Assembly: GCA_965238005.1 (NCBI GenBank)
Contig: OZ250165.1
Coordinates: forward strand, 4,672,001-4,736,000
Source of the DNA: Longimicrobiales bacterium
Lineage (GTDB): Bacteria > Gemmatimonadota > Gemmatimonadetes > Longimicrobiales > Gaopeijiaceae
Reading direction: 5' to 3'
Length of the DNA: 64,000 bases
This document shows positions 29,450 to 38,400 of the stretch, piece by piece (positions within the stretch are counted from its first letter, which is position 1; each line of letters starts with the position of its first letter). A program made the position numbers and the translations under genes. The notes beneath the pieces are model-generated. The model saw only the letters and a program-made list of their open reading frames with translations, did not search any database and was not told where the DNA came from.

Positions 29450-29538
29450 GAGCCCCCAGGCGGCAGCGTGGGACCGCAGGTAGCGGAGTCAGGGAGTGTG
29501 TTGTCGGAGGTGGCGCCGTCTCGCCGGTCCTGGCGAAG

Positions 29539-30185
29539 TCAGGTGTGGGGGTGGACCTGTTTCACTTGGAGGATTATTCCCCCCAGGCGCTCGGCGATGG
29601 CGTCCTCCTCCTCGACGAAGAACGCGTAGCGCGTCACGGGATCGTCATCACCGCTGGTGTCCACGTAGGTGATTCGCGCCAGGGCACCCGGAAGCTCTGG
29701 TCGGTGATGACATTGTAGGTCCGATAGACCAGGTACTCCTCGAGCACGTTCTGCTCGTCCCCGTCCCGGTCCCGGCAGTGGGTCACGAGCTTGATCTTGT
29801 TCTGCCCGTCGAACACGGTCCCCCCGAGGGAATTCTTCGGCAGGTTGAAGCGCAGCGGAGGGAAGCGGCACGTCTTTAGCCTGAATTTGCCGCGCGTTCG
29901 CACCTTGAGCTCGATCTCCCGCATGGAGCCGTCGTCCGCCGTCACGCTCAGGACGCCGGGGCGATACTCGCTGTCCTCCTTGCGATCTCCCTTGAGCTTG
30001 TCGAAGTCGGCAGCCAGGGTAAGCTCCAGGAGCTCGTTGGACGTGAAAAGAGGGGGCGGAGAAGCCGGCTCCTGAGCGGCGGCGGCGGACGCGACGGCTT
30101 GAGCCGGCGCTGGGAGCGCCATGGCCTGAACAGGGAATGAAGACACAATGGCCACGACGACGATGAGGATGACGAGCTTCCACAA
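29539..30185 (-). pseudogene. Secreted CotH-kinase-like hypothetical protein, frameshifted near 29685 and truncated
   Basis: Signal peptide, VRTRGKFR...CRFPPLR, KLVTHC, EYLVYRTYN; continues in another frame as LARITYVD...AFFVEE. Confidence 0.6.
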
Positions 30186-30191
30186 GGCTGG

Positions 30192-31292
30192 CTAACTCCT
30201 TCTCTTCAGTCCCTCGAGCGATCGCAGCTCCGCGGCGCGCACACGATCACCGCCCTCCTTTCGGATGGCGTCCAACAGGGCACCCGCCGGCACGTGGTCC
30301 TTGAGCCGCACGAGATACTCGAGGATGGAGACCACCCCCTCACCGGGGATGATCTCCGCCAGTCGCCATCGGATGGCCATCTCACCGAGATGCCTCTCCA
30401 CTATTTGCTGGGCCTCGCCGGCCGATTCCGTATAGACCAGCAGGATGGCGTACTGCTTCTTTTCCTTGTGGATATCGGTCTCTGCGTCCAGATAGCGGTC
30501 CACCCGAGCCACGCGGTCGGCCACCTCCTGGAGGTCGGTCTGCGGCATGGCCGTCAACAAGGCCTGGTCACCGATGGCAAGGGCCGTCCTCCCCGACTCG
30601 GGTCCTGCCAGAACGTCTCCCAGGGCCAGCCCCGACGTGCGCCCGAGCTGATCGACGTAGATGTTGCCAAACTTCATCTTCCAGAGGATCAAGTTCACCA
30701 CGTTGAATACGATGGAGGCCAGAAGGGCGGTCCCGAGGCGCTGGTCACCGGCGGCCAGGCCCACACCGATGGCCAGAAAGACGTACACGGCGTCCTTGGT
30801 GTCCTCGAGCGTGGTGCGAAAGCGAACGGCAGCCACGATCCCTGCCAGGCTGAACGCCAAGGCAACGCTCGTCTTGACGACGATGACGATGCCCGTGACG
30901 GCCACCGGCAAAATGATGAGGGTGTGCACGACCGACTGATCGTAGCCGCCCCTCCTCTTGATGATGATGTACGTCCAGGCCACGGGGATCATGATGGCTA
31001 GGGCCCCCAGGAGGGAGATCCCCTCCACGGCCAGTTCGTCCCACCCTCCGACGGCCAGGCCCTCGGCCACGGGTACCCCCCCGAACGTCTCGCTGATCGC
31101 ATCGGAGATGACGCCCCCTGCCTGGGACCGCGTTATGGCCCGGGTCAGCCGGGGAAAGGCCCAGATCAGAACGCCGAAGGTGGCGATCAGAAGGACGTAG
31201 TAGACCGAGATCCGCACCATCGAGCGGGCTACCTGACGCGACGCGAGCTCGGTCTTGGTCTCGGTCTTGGTTTTGGTCTCGGACTTACTCAA
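30192..31292 (-). CDS. DUF4956 domain membrane protein
   Basis: ALAFSLAGIVAAVRFRTTLEDTKDAVYVFLAIGVGLAAG. Confidence 0.85.
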   Translation of the reverse strand: MSKSETKTKTETKTELASRQVARSMVRISVYYVLLIATFGVLIWAFPRLTRAITRSQAGGVISDAISETFGGVPVAEGLAVGGWDELAVEGISLLGALAIMIPVAWTYIIIKRRGGYDQSVVHTLIILPVAVTGIVIVVKTSVALAFSLAGIVAAVRFRTTLEDTKDAVYVFLAIGVGLAAGDQRLGTALLASIVFNVVNLILWKMKFGNIYVDQLGRTSGLALGDVLAGPESGRTALAIGDQALLTAMPQTDLQEVADRVARVDRYLDAETDIHKEKKQYAILLVYTESAGEAQQIVERHLGEMAIRWRLAEIIPGEGVVSILEYLVRLKDHVPAGALLDAIRKEGGDRVRAAELRSLEGLKRRS

Positions 31293-31711
31293 AGCGCATG
31301 CTCGGAACCGAATTCGGAGAGCAGCACGTCATCGAAGTGATCGGCTTGCTCCGAGGTCCATAGAATCAGATCGATGATCTCTCCCGGATCCAGGTCCTCC
31401 ACAGGACGTCCCGCCGTGAGAAAAACGATCCCGTCTTCGGCCACCGAGAATGCCGCGCGGCCGAGGAAGTCGTGGTTGAGACCGAGGAGCCGGTCCATGA
31501 ACTCGTGACGTGCGTCGGCGGGCATACGCATGATGGAGAGACGGACCACCAGCACCAGGCCTTCCGGACCCTCGGATTGCCTCACCACACCGGTGAAGCC
31601 CGAGGCGGAACCACGTTGGATGGGCTCTTCGAACCCTGCGGCCAGGGTGCCGTGCTCAAGGTGATCGAGGATGCGCTCGACCAGAGCCATCAACGACATG
31701 ATCTCAGCCAT
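31289..31711 (-). CDS. YbjN/CesT (type III chaperone-fold) domain protein
   Basis: Small acidic protein, FMDRLLGLNH...AAFSV...DLDPGE...ADHFDDVL. Confidence 0.7.
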   Translation of the reverse strand: MAEIMSLMALVERILDHLEHGTLAAGFEEPIQRGSASGFTGVVRQSEGPEGLVLVVRLSIMRMPADARHEFMDRLLGLNHDFLGRAAFSVAEDGIVFLTAGRPVEDLDPGEIIDLILWTSEQADHFDDVLLSEFGSEHAL

Positions 31712-31730
31712 GAGGCAACCTCGTCACCCC

Positions 31731-31786
31731 GACGCCGGATCCGCAAGTCCAATGAAGCGACACCGGATCCGCAAGTTCAATGAAGC
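31731..31786. repeat. 28-bp tandem repeat x2 (2 mismatches)
   Basis: gacgccggatccgcaagtccaatgaagc / gacaccggatccgcaagttcaatgaagc. Confidence 0.88.
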
Positions 31787-31817
31787 GGAGCCGGGAAGCG
31801 GAGCCGGCCCTGAACGG

Positions 31818-32880
31818 CTACATGCTCTCCCACCAGGTGGAGCCCACCGGCTTGAAGTGGCTCAGGCGCTTGCCGGCCTTGAAGGCGTTGCAGCGGTGGT
31901 GGTAGATGTAGGTATTGTCGTCGTAGTCGGTCAAAAGCCCCGCCCCGTCCAACCCGCCGACCACCAGCCCGTTGATGGTGAAGTTGTTGTTCGTGGTCAC
32001 GACGTATCCAGCCAGGACGATGCCGTCCCAGGAGAACCCGTTTGCGGGCGTAAGATTCCCCGTCACGATGAGCACACCCCTCCCACACGCAATCGAGGGC
32101 GCGAGGAGGTTCCCGGTGAAGCGGGTCACCGTGAAGGAGTCGGCGGGCAAGGAACATGAAGGCCATGTGTTCTCGTAGTCCACGGGAAAGCCCGTGTTCG
32201 TCAACAACGACCAGTCGATCCCCAGGGAGTCCAGGACCGCACTGTACGACCCGTAGCTCCTCGTGTCGGGATTTCCGTTGATGGAGGCTGGCCTCGATCG
32301 TCAGCGTGCCCGAGCCCCGCAGCACCCCGATGATGTCCGTCTGCGTCTGCTCACACTCCGCGGCCGTGGCCTGATCGTTGCCAAGGACCCTCGCGTTCGT
32401 GCGGACGTAAACGTTACCCGACGCTTGGGTCAGGGCCGCAAGGTGATCCAGGGCCACCTCCCTCTTCTTGGCCCACTGGTAGACCGTGCGACGGGCGGCG
32501 GATCCGGTGAAGGTGGGGTCCGTGTAGACGCCCTCGGAGCCCAGCAGGTACAGCGATTCGAAGTCGTCGATCTCGGCGACCAACCGAGCCGTGAGGACCG
32601 CGTCTCCTCCCTCGATCGAGTAGGTCACCGTATCTTCGTGAACGCCCACCTCGTTCGCCACGTACCTCTGGAGACCTGCCCGGGCGATGGACAGGGCGGC
32701 TTGCGTCTCCTTGCCGTGTAAGGCCAGCTGCGCCTCGTTGAGCACTACCTGGTAACCGGCGGCACCGGCGATTCCGATGGCGAAGAGCAAGAGGACCACC
32801 AGGGCGAGAACGAATCCGGCGCGTGGGTCCTGATCCCCCTGGCCTCCGATCGCCGGCGACGGCTCGCGAATCGGCCTCAT
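31818..32880 (-). pseudogene. PilX-like minor pilin with a 1-nt frameshift near 32288 (real or sequencing error)
   Basis: AG-FVLALVVLLL without Glu5, ALSIARAGL; C-term GRGVLIVTGNL...WDGIVLAG...WWESM in the adjacent frame. Confidence 0.7.
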
Positions 32881-32882
32881 GG

Positions 32883-33719
32883 TCAGTTCGAGTTCCTCAA
32901 CGGGATCTTCACGGTCCACTCGTCTTCGTACGCGTCGACCGCTCCCAACGAGTCCGAGGCGATGGCCGAGGCGGTCACCCGGAGGACCTCGATGCTATCC
33001 AGGGCGGCCCCGGTGATAGAGCTGCCGAAGGTCGCACCGCCGTCTTTCGAGTACTCGAACTTCGTGTCGGGCGTGATCCCGGTCGCGAACTCCCGGAGCG
33101 TGTCTCCGGTGACGCCACGGAATACGGCCAGGGTGGTGGGGTCGAGCTCCGACTCGTCGATCTTGAACTCCACCTCTTGGTAGATGATGATCACGTCGCC
33201 GACGGCCACAGTACCGGCTGAGATGCGGGCGAAGTCCTGGGACGCTCCCACGGTGTCCGCAGCCCTGCGGTTCGCACAGTCTGCCGCATCGATTGAGCCT
33301 GATGAAGCGAGAATGGATCCCCAGGTGGCGGCCGTGTACACCCAGTCCCCATTGCCGTCGACCTTAGCGTAACCGGCCACATCGATGCTGTCTATGTCGG
33401 AGAGGCCAGGCATGTACACGCGCGTAACAGAGGTGCCGCCGTCGCAGAACCCTCCCACGGCCAGCGGCAGGCGAACGACGAACCGGCGGGATTGGGCGGT
33501 GGTGACTCCGCCGCCCGAGACACCCCGGATCTCCGACGCGATGAGGTCGGACACGACCCGGAGGTTGTCCTGCACCTTCGCCCGCTCCACCACCAGGGCG
33601 TAGAAGTCATTCTGGGCCCAAAGCACCGACGCGACGAGGCTGACGATCAGGGTGGAAAGCGTGAGGGCCAGAATGGCCTCGAGGAAGGTGAAACCGTCGT
33701 CTCGGCGTGGCGCTACCAA
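32883..33719 (-). CDS. PilW-like minor pilin
   Basis: Prepilin site RRDDG-FTFLEAILAL, QDNLR...SEIR, C-term KIPLRN; TTG start overlaps pilV-like stop. Confidence 0.8.
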   Translation of the reverse strand: MVAPRRDDGFTFLEAILALTLSTLIVSLVASVLWAQNDFYALVVERAKVQDNLRVVSDLIASEIRGVSGGGVTTAQSRRFVVRLPLAVGGFCDGGTSVTRVYMPGLSDIDSIDVAGYAKVDGNGDWVYTAATWGSILASSGSIDAADCANRRAADTVGASQDFARISAGTVAVGDVIIIYQEVEFKIDESELDPTTLAVFRGVTGDTLREFATGITPDTKFEYSKDGGATFGSSITGAALDSIEVLRVTASAIASDSLGAVDAYEDEWTVKIPLRNSN

Positions 33720-34105
33720 GACCGGGTGACGAACGTCGACCCGGCGAAGGACGGACCGGTGCCACTTGCCGGAAGCAGCCATACCTTGGCGTGCCGGGCC
33801 AATGCCGTAGAATCGCTTACCAATACCAGCCAATAGAACGTCGATCCCCGAACCGAGGTGATAGCGAAAGTCGTCCCTACCGTCAGCGAGTCGTACTCCA
33901 CAACCTCCAGGCTGTCCAGCCGCTCCTGCCCCCGCACCGAGAGCTCCGACCGGATTGCCGCCCTCTCCATCCGAAGGGACAGCGTTCCCGTGAGGTTCAT
34001 CACCATGAGCACCCCGGCCGAGAATATCAACAGAGCTCCGATGACTTCGATCAGGGTGAAGCCCCCCGCGGAGGCGCGCAGGCACCTGGGACGCCGTACA
34101 TTCAA
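33713..34105 (-). CDS. PilV-like minor pilin
   Basis: GG-FTLIEVIGALLIFSAG prepilin motif. Confidence 0.85.
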   Translation of the reverse strand: MNVRRPRCLRASAGGFTLIEVIGALLIFSAGVLMVMNLTGTLSLRMERAAIRSELSVRGQERLDSLEVVEYDSLTVGTTFAITSVRGSTFYWLVLVSDSTALARHAKVWLLPASGTGPSFAGSTFVTRSW

Positions 34106-34560
34106 CGTTTGTCGACCTTCGAGGCCCCCATGCCGTTGAAGGACACATCGTATCCCGTGTCGCCTGCGACGAACCGGGCCACGCCCAAAGACGAGCCTGC
34201 ACCGCTCAAGTCACCCACGCCACGGGAATTGAAGACCAAGCTGTCTCCAGTCAGCTGAAGGTCGATGGAGTCGAGCCAGATGTCGTCCGTCTGGCTGAAC
34301 GCCCGCTTCACTATCGTATCGCCGGACTCGGACCGGACCAGGTAACTCACCTGCGACTCGTCGAAGTCGATGATCACGGTCTCTCGACTTCTCACTGCCA
34401 TCGTCCTCGCGAGTGAGATGTCCAGTGCAAAGATCTGGGCCGCTCGCTGAGCGGCCGTACGAGCCTGATAAGCCGAAAACACCCCCGCCGCCGCCGCGAG
34501 TGAGAGTGATAGGAGAAGCATGACGACCACCAGCTCGAGCAACGTGAAGCCTAGGCTCAC
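34102..34560 (-). CDS. FimT/GspH-like minor pilin
   Basis: G-FTLLELVVVM, DISLARTMAV, LVFNSRG. Confidence 0.85.
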   Translation of the reverse strand: MSLGFTLLELVVVMLLLSLSLAAAAGVFSAYQARTAAQRAAQIFALDISLARTMAVRSRETVIIDFDESQVSYLVRSESGDTIVKRAFSQTDDIWLDSIDLQLTGDSLVFNSRGVGDLSGAGSSLGVARFVAGDTGYDVSFNGMGASKVDKR

Positions 34561-34638
34561 CTCGTGGTCACCCCTCCTTCACAGGCCATTGTCTCTCGTA
34601 GACCCCAAGTATCTGTCTTCCAATGCGTTACTTAAACA

Positions 34639-35397
34639 TTGCTACGGTGTGGCCGACTTCTCAATCATTTTCTGCGATACGAGGCGGACGGGTGTGCCCT
34701 GTTCCGTGGGAGGACGGGAAGTATACCTTGTTTCGACCCATTCAAGTACCGTTCGATCCCGGGGCGGAACGAGGAGATCCCCATACCCCGCAAGGCATTC
34801 CGTCTGGAACACCCTCTGGTCGCGGGGGGGCTTCTTCTTGCGCTGGCGTTACCTCTACATGGCGGCCTTCACGCTCAGGGCCCTGACGAGGGCGTGTCCA
34901 CGGACGCCGTCAGGGCCTCCTTCGGCGCTTTCCTTCGCGGCGCGAGAATCAGAGGGGGGACGGGAGCGATGCTGGGTGGCGAGGCCTCTCTCCACTTCTC
35001 CCAACACTTTTCCATCGGGGCGGCCGGAGGAGGCCTGCTGAAGGCCGTGCCTGTAGTCGAGTCCAGCTCCGACCTGGGTACCGACCTGCGCATGGGGTAC
35101 GGAGGCCTGTTATTCGGATACGAGTCTCGGACCAACCACACCGTCTCGCTGGCCGGACGCTTCCTCCTTGGCGCCGGAAATGCGGAGGTGCGGGCGGTGC
35201 CCGTGGGCAACGAGCTCGGAGCGGACAACTTCCTGGTCCTGGAGCCCGAGGTCCACCTGCGCGTTCACACCGTGGGACGACTTTACCTCGGATTCGCGGC
35301 CGGGTATCGACTGGTTCTCGGAGTCCAGGATCTGCCCACGGTGGTCGCCGACGATCTCGAGGGGGCCAGCCTGACGATCACGCTGCTGATCTCCTAG
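34639..35397 (+). CDS. Putative outer-membrane beta-barrel protein (true start probably near 34800)
   Basis: Hydrophobic signal LLLALALP...HAQ, alternating strands MGYGGLLFGY, FLVLEPEV, AAGYRLV. Confidence 0.6.
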   Translation: MLRCGRLLNHFLRYEADGCALFRGRTGSIPCFDPFKYRSIPGRNEEIPIPRKAFRLEHPLVAGGLLLALALPLHGGLHAQGPDEGVSTDAVRASFGAFLRGARIRGGTGAMLGGEASLHFSQHFSIGAAGGGLLKAVPVVESSSDLGTDLRMGYGGLLFGYESRTNHTVSLAGRFLLGAGNAEVRAVPVGNELGADNFLVLEPEVHLRVHTVGRLYLGFAAGYRLVLGVQDLPTVVADDLEGASLTITLLIS

Positions 35398-35487
35398 CGG
35401 GCCTCACATGCCGTTCAGCCGGCAGTTGGAGCTGGCTCGCCGTTCGAGGCGGGTCCGCCGCCGGCGGACACCACCTGAAGCGTGCCC

Positions 35488-38400
35488 CTACTCGGTGGAT
35501 CCGTTGGCGCGCTCGGCCATGAGGGCGATCTCCCGCACGGCCACCGAGAGCCCTGACACGGACATGGACTCCTCAGCGCGGATTTCTTCCATGAGCTCCT
35601 GAAAGCGTCCGTATTCACCCGCGCCGGTGCTGAGGGGGCCATTCCCATCCCCAGACCCCACCACCACCGTCGCAAGGGAGTAGTGCGCCCGGCTCAAGTC
35701 GGCCGCCAGTGCCTGCGCGGCCCGCTGCTCCCACCGGTCCTCGGATGCCGATCCAAAGATCGCCTGCCTGAGCCATGGAATGTGGAACAGCTCGGACACC
35801 TTGTAGTACGCCCGGCCGGCCACCAGCGTTTCGGCGCCTGTCTCCCGGGCCACTCGCAGGATCTCCAAGAGCTGGTCGAGGAAGCGGAGGGTGATCAGGC
35901 TACGGGCGAAGGCCGGCTCGGCGCCGTGCCGCTCGATCTCGGCGACGCGACGCTCGAACACGACGCGATCCTCTCCCGCCACAAAGTCCCCGAAGTCCTC
36001 ACGCAGCTTCTGGAGCTTCGTTCGATTCTCATTGATGAGGGTGGCCGTTTGGTTCTCGCTGTCGACGTTGGCCAAAAGCCAACGAGTCGTCCTCTCCAGG
36101 ACCCGCGACAGCCCTAACAGCCAACGGTACGCCACCTGTGACGAGAGCCCCGCAGCGGTGCCGCTCACCCGTCGAACCAGTTGGTCGTGCCCGGCCAGAC
36201 GCGCTGCCACGAACCAGGCCCGGGCGACGTCGGCGGCTTCACGGCCCGTGTCCCGTGCCACCCGGTTCACGAATGTCGCCCCCATGAGACCCACCAGATC
36301 GTTGGTCAGCTGGCAGGCGACAATCTCACGGCGGAGCCGGTGGAGCCCGAGGCCGTCCTTGCCGGCGGCCTTGAGGGCGGCCTTGGGGAAGTAGCGCAGT
36401 AGGTATTCCTTCGTAGCCGCATCGTCCGGGAGCTTGCTCTTCAGCAGACGCCCCATGAGCTCCATCTTGGCATATGCGAGCAACACGCTCAGCTCCGGGC
36501 GGGTCAACGAGCTCCCCAGCTCTTCGAGCCGATCGAACAAGACCTCCCACGTGGGCAGATGCTCCGTGGCCCGCTCCAGCCCACCGGTCTTCTCCAGAGC
36601 GGACATGAGGTCCCTGAAGTCGTCCAGGCCGTCCTTGGCCCGAACCTCGTCGAGGGAGACGGCGAGACTCTGGCCCTCGTTGTCGGTGAGAACCAGCTGG
36701 GCCACGGAGTCGGTGACATCCTCGAGGAGCTGGTTGCGCTCGTCCTCGCCCATGGCACCGGAGCGGACCGGGTGGCGGAGCAGGATCTTCAGGTTCACCT
36801 CCCGGTCGGAGAGGTCCACGCCGCCCGAGTTGTCGAGTGCGTCGGTATTGAGCCGCCCGCCCCGGAGGGCGAAGTCGATCCGGGCGCGCTGTGTGAAGCC
36901 CAGGTTTCCGCCTTCGCCCACGACCCGGCAGCGGAGCTCGTCGGAGCTGACGCGGACCGCTTCGTTGGAAGGATCACCTGCGTCGGCGTGGGACTCGTAG
37001 GGAGCCTTCACATACGTGCCGATCCCGCCATTCCAGAGCAGCTCCACAGGAGCCTGGAGCACCACGCGGATCAGCGACTCACCGTCGAGGGTCTCCACTT
37101 CATCCGGCACTCCCAGGGCCTTACGGGCCTCGGGTGTGAGATCGACCTCCTTCGCACCCCGGGGGACGATCATGGCGCCCGCGCTCAGGCAGTCCCGATC
37201 GTAATCGTCCCAGCTCGAGGGCCCCAGCCCGAAGAGGCGCTGGCGCTCCTTGAACGAGGTCTCCGGATCCGGATCGGGATCGATGAAGACATGGCGGTGG
37301 TCGAAGGCCGCGATGAGCATGATCTGGGTGGATAGGAGCATGCCGTTACCGAAGACGTCGCCGCTCATGTCCCCGATCCCCACCACGGTGAACGGCTCCG
37401 ACTGGATGTCCTTCCCCTCCTCCCGGAAGTGCCGCTTCACGCACTCCCAGGCACCCCCGGCCGTGATGCCCACCACCTTGTGGTCGTAGCCCTGCGATCC
37501 TCCGGAGGCGAAGGCGTCGCCCAGCCAGAAGTCGTACTCGGCGGCGACACCGTTGGCCAAGTCCGAGTACTTGGTCGTCCCTTTGTCGGCAGCGACGACC
37601 AGGTAGGGGTCGGCCTTGTCCCAGCACACCACGTGCTCCGGCGGAACGATGGCACCCTGGTGGTCCAGATTGTCCGTAAGGTCCAGGAGCCCCCGCATGA
37701 GTGTCTCGTACTGCTCCCGTGCCTCCTCGGCCATCTCGTCGCGGTCGGCGATCTTCCGGAGAGTGATGTACCCACCCTTCGAGCCAGCCGGCACGATGAC
37801 CGCGTTCTTGACCATCTGGGTGTTCACGAGCCCGAGGATCTCCGTGCGGAAATCGTCGGGCCGGTCGCTGTAGCGGATCCCTCCACGGGCGACTCGGGCC
37901 CCTCGGAGGTGGACACCCTCCATCCGGGAGGACCGCACCCACACCTCGTAGAGGAGCCGGGTACGGGCCACGTCACGTAGGGCCCTGGCCGACACCTTCA
38001 ACGAGATGTAGGGAACGCCCCCGGAGCGCCGGGTGGGCGATCGGCCCCCATTCCGGAAGTAGTTGGTGCGCACCGTCGCGTCGAGGAGCGCCACCATCCG
38101 GCGGAGCGCCCGGTCATCGGCGAGGAGCGTCACCTGGGTCATGAGCTGAGTGAGGAGGGCGCGCAGATCCTCCACGAGCACCTTGCGGTCCTTCAAGGTC
38201 ACGGGCCCCTCGGGATCGAACTTGGCCTCGAAGATGTCGAAGAAGACCCGGGCGATGTTGGGATAGCTTACCAGGGCCGTAGGCAGCGACCGTCGGCTGG
38301 GGACCGCCCCCAACTGGAACGCGTAGGCCACGTACGCCCTCAGGACGTCGGCCTCTCTCCAGGAGAGGCCGGCCAGCAGGACGAGGGCGTTCAGGGAGTC

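Noticed and set aside
31289..31711. Type III secretion system
   Set aside because: Lone chaperone-fold gene with no T3SS apparatus genes nearby
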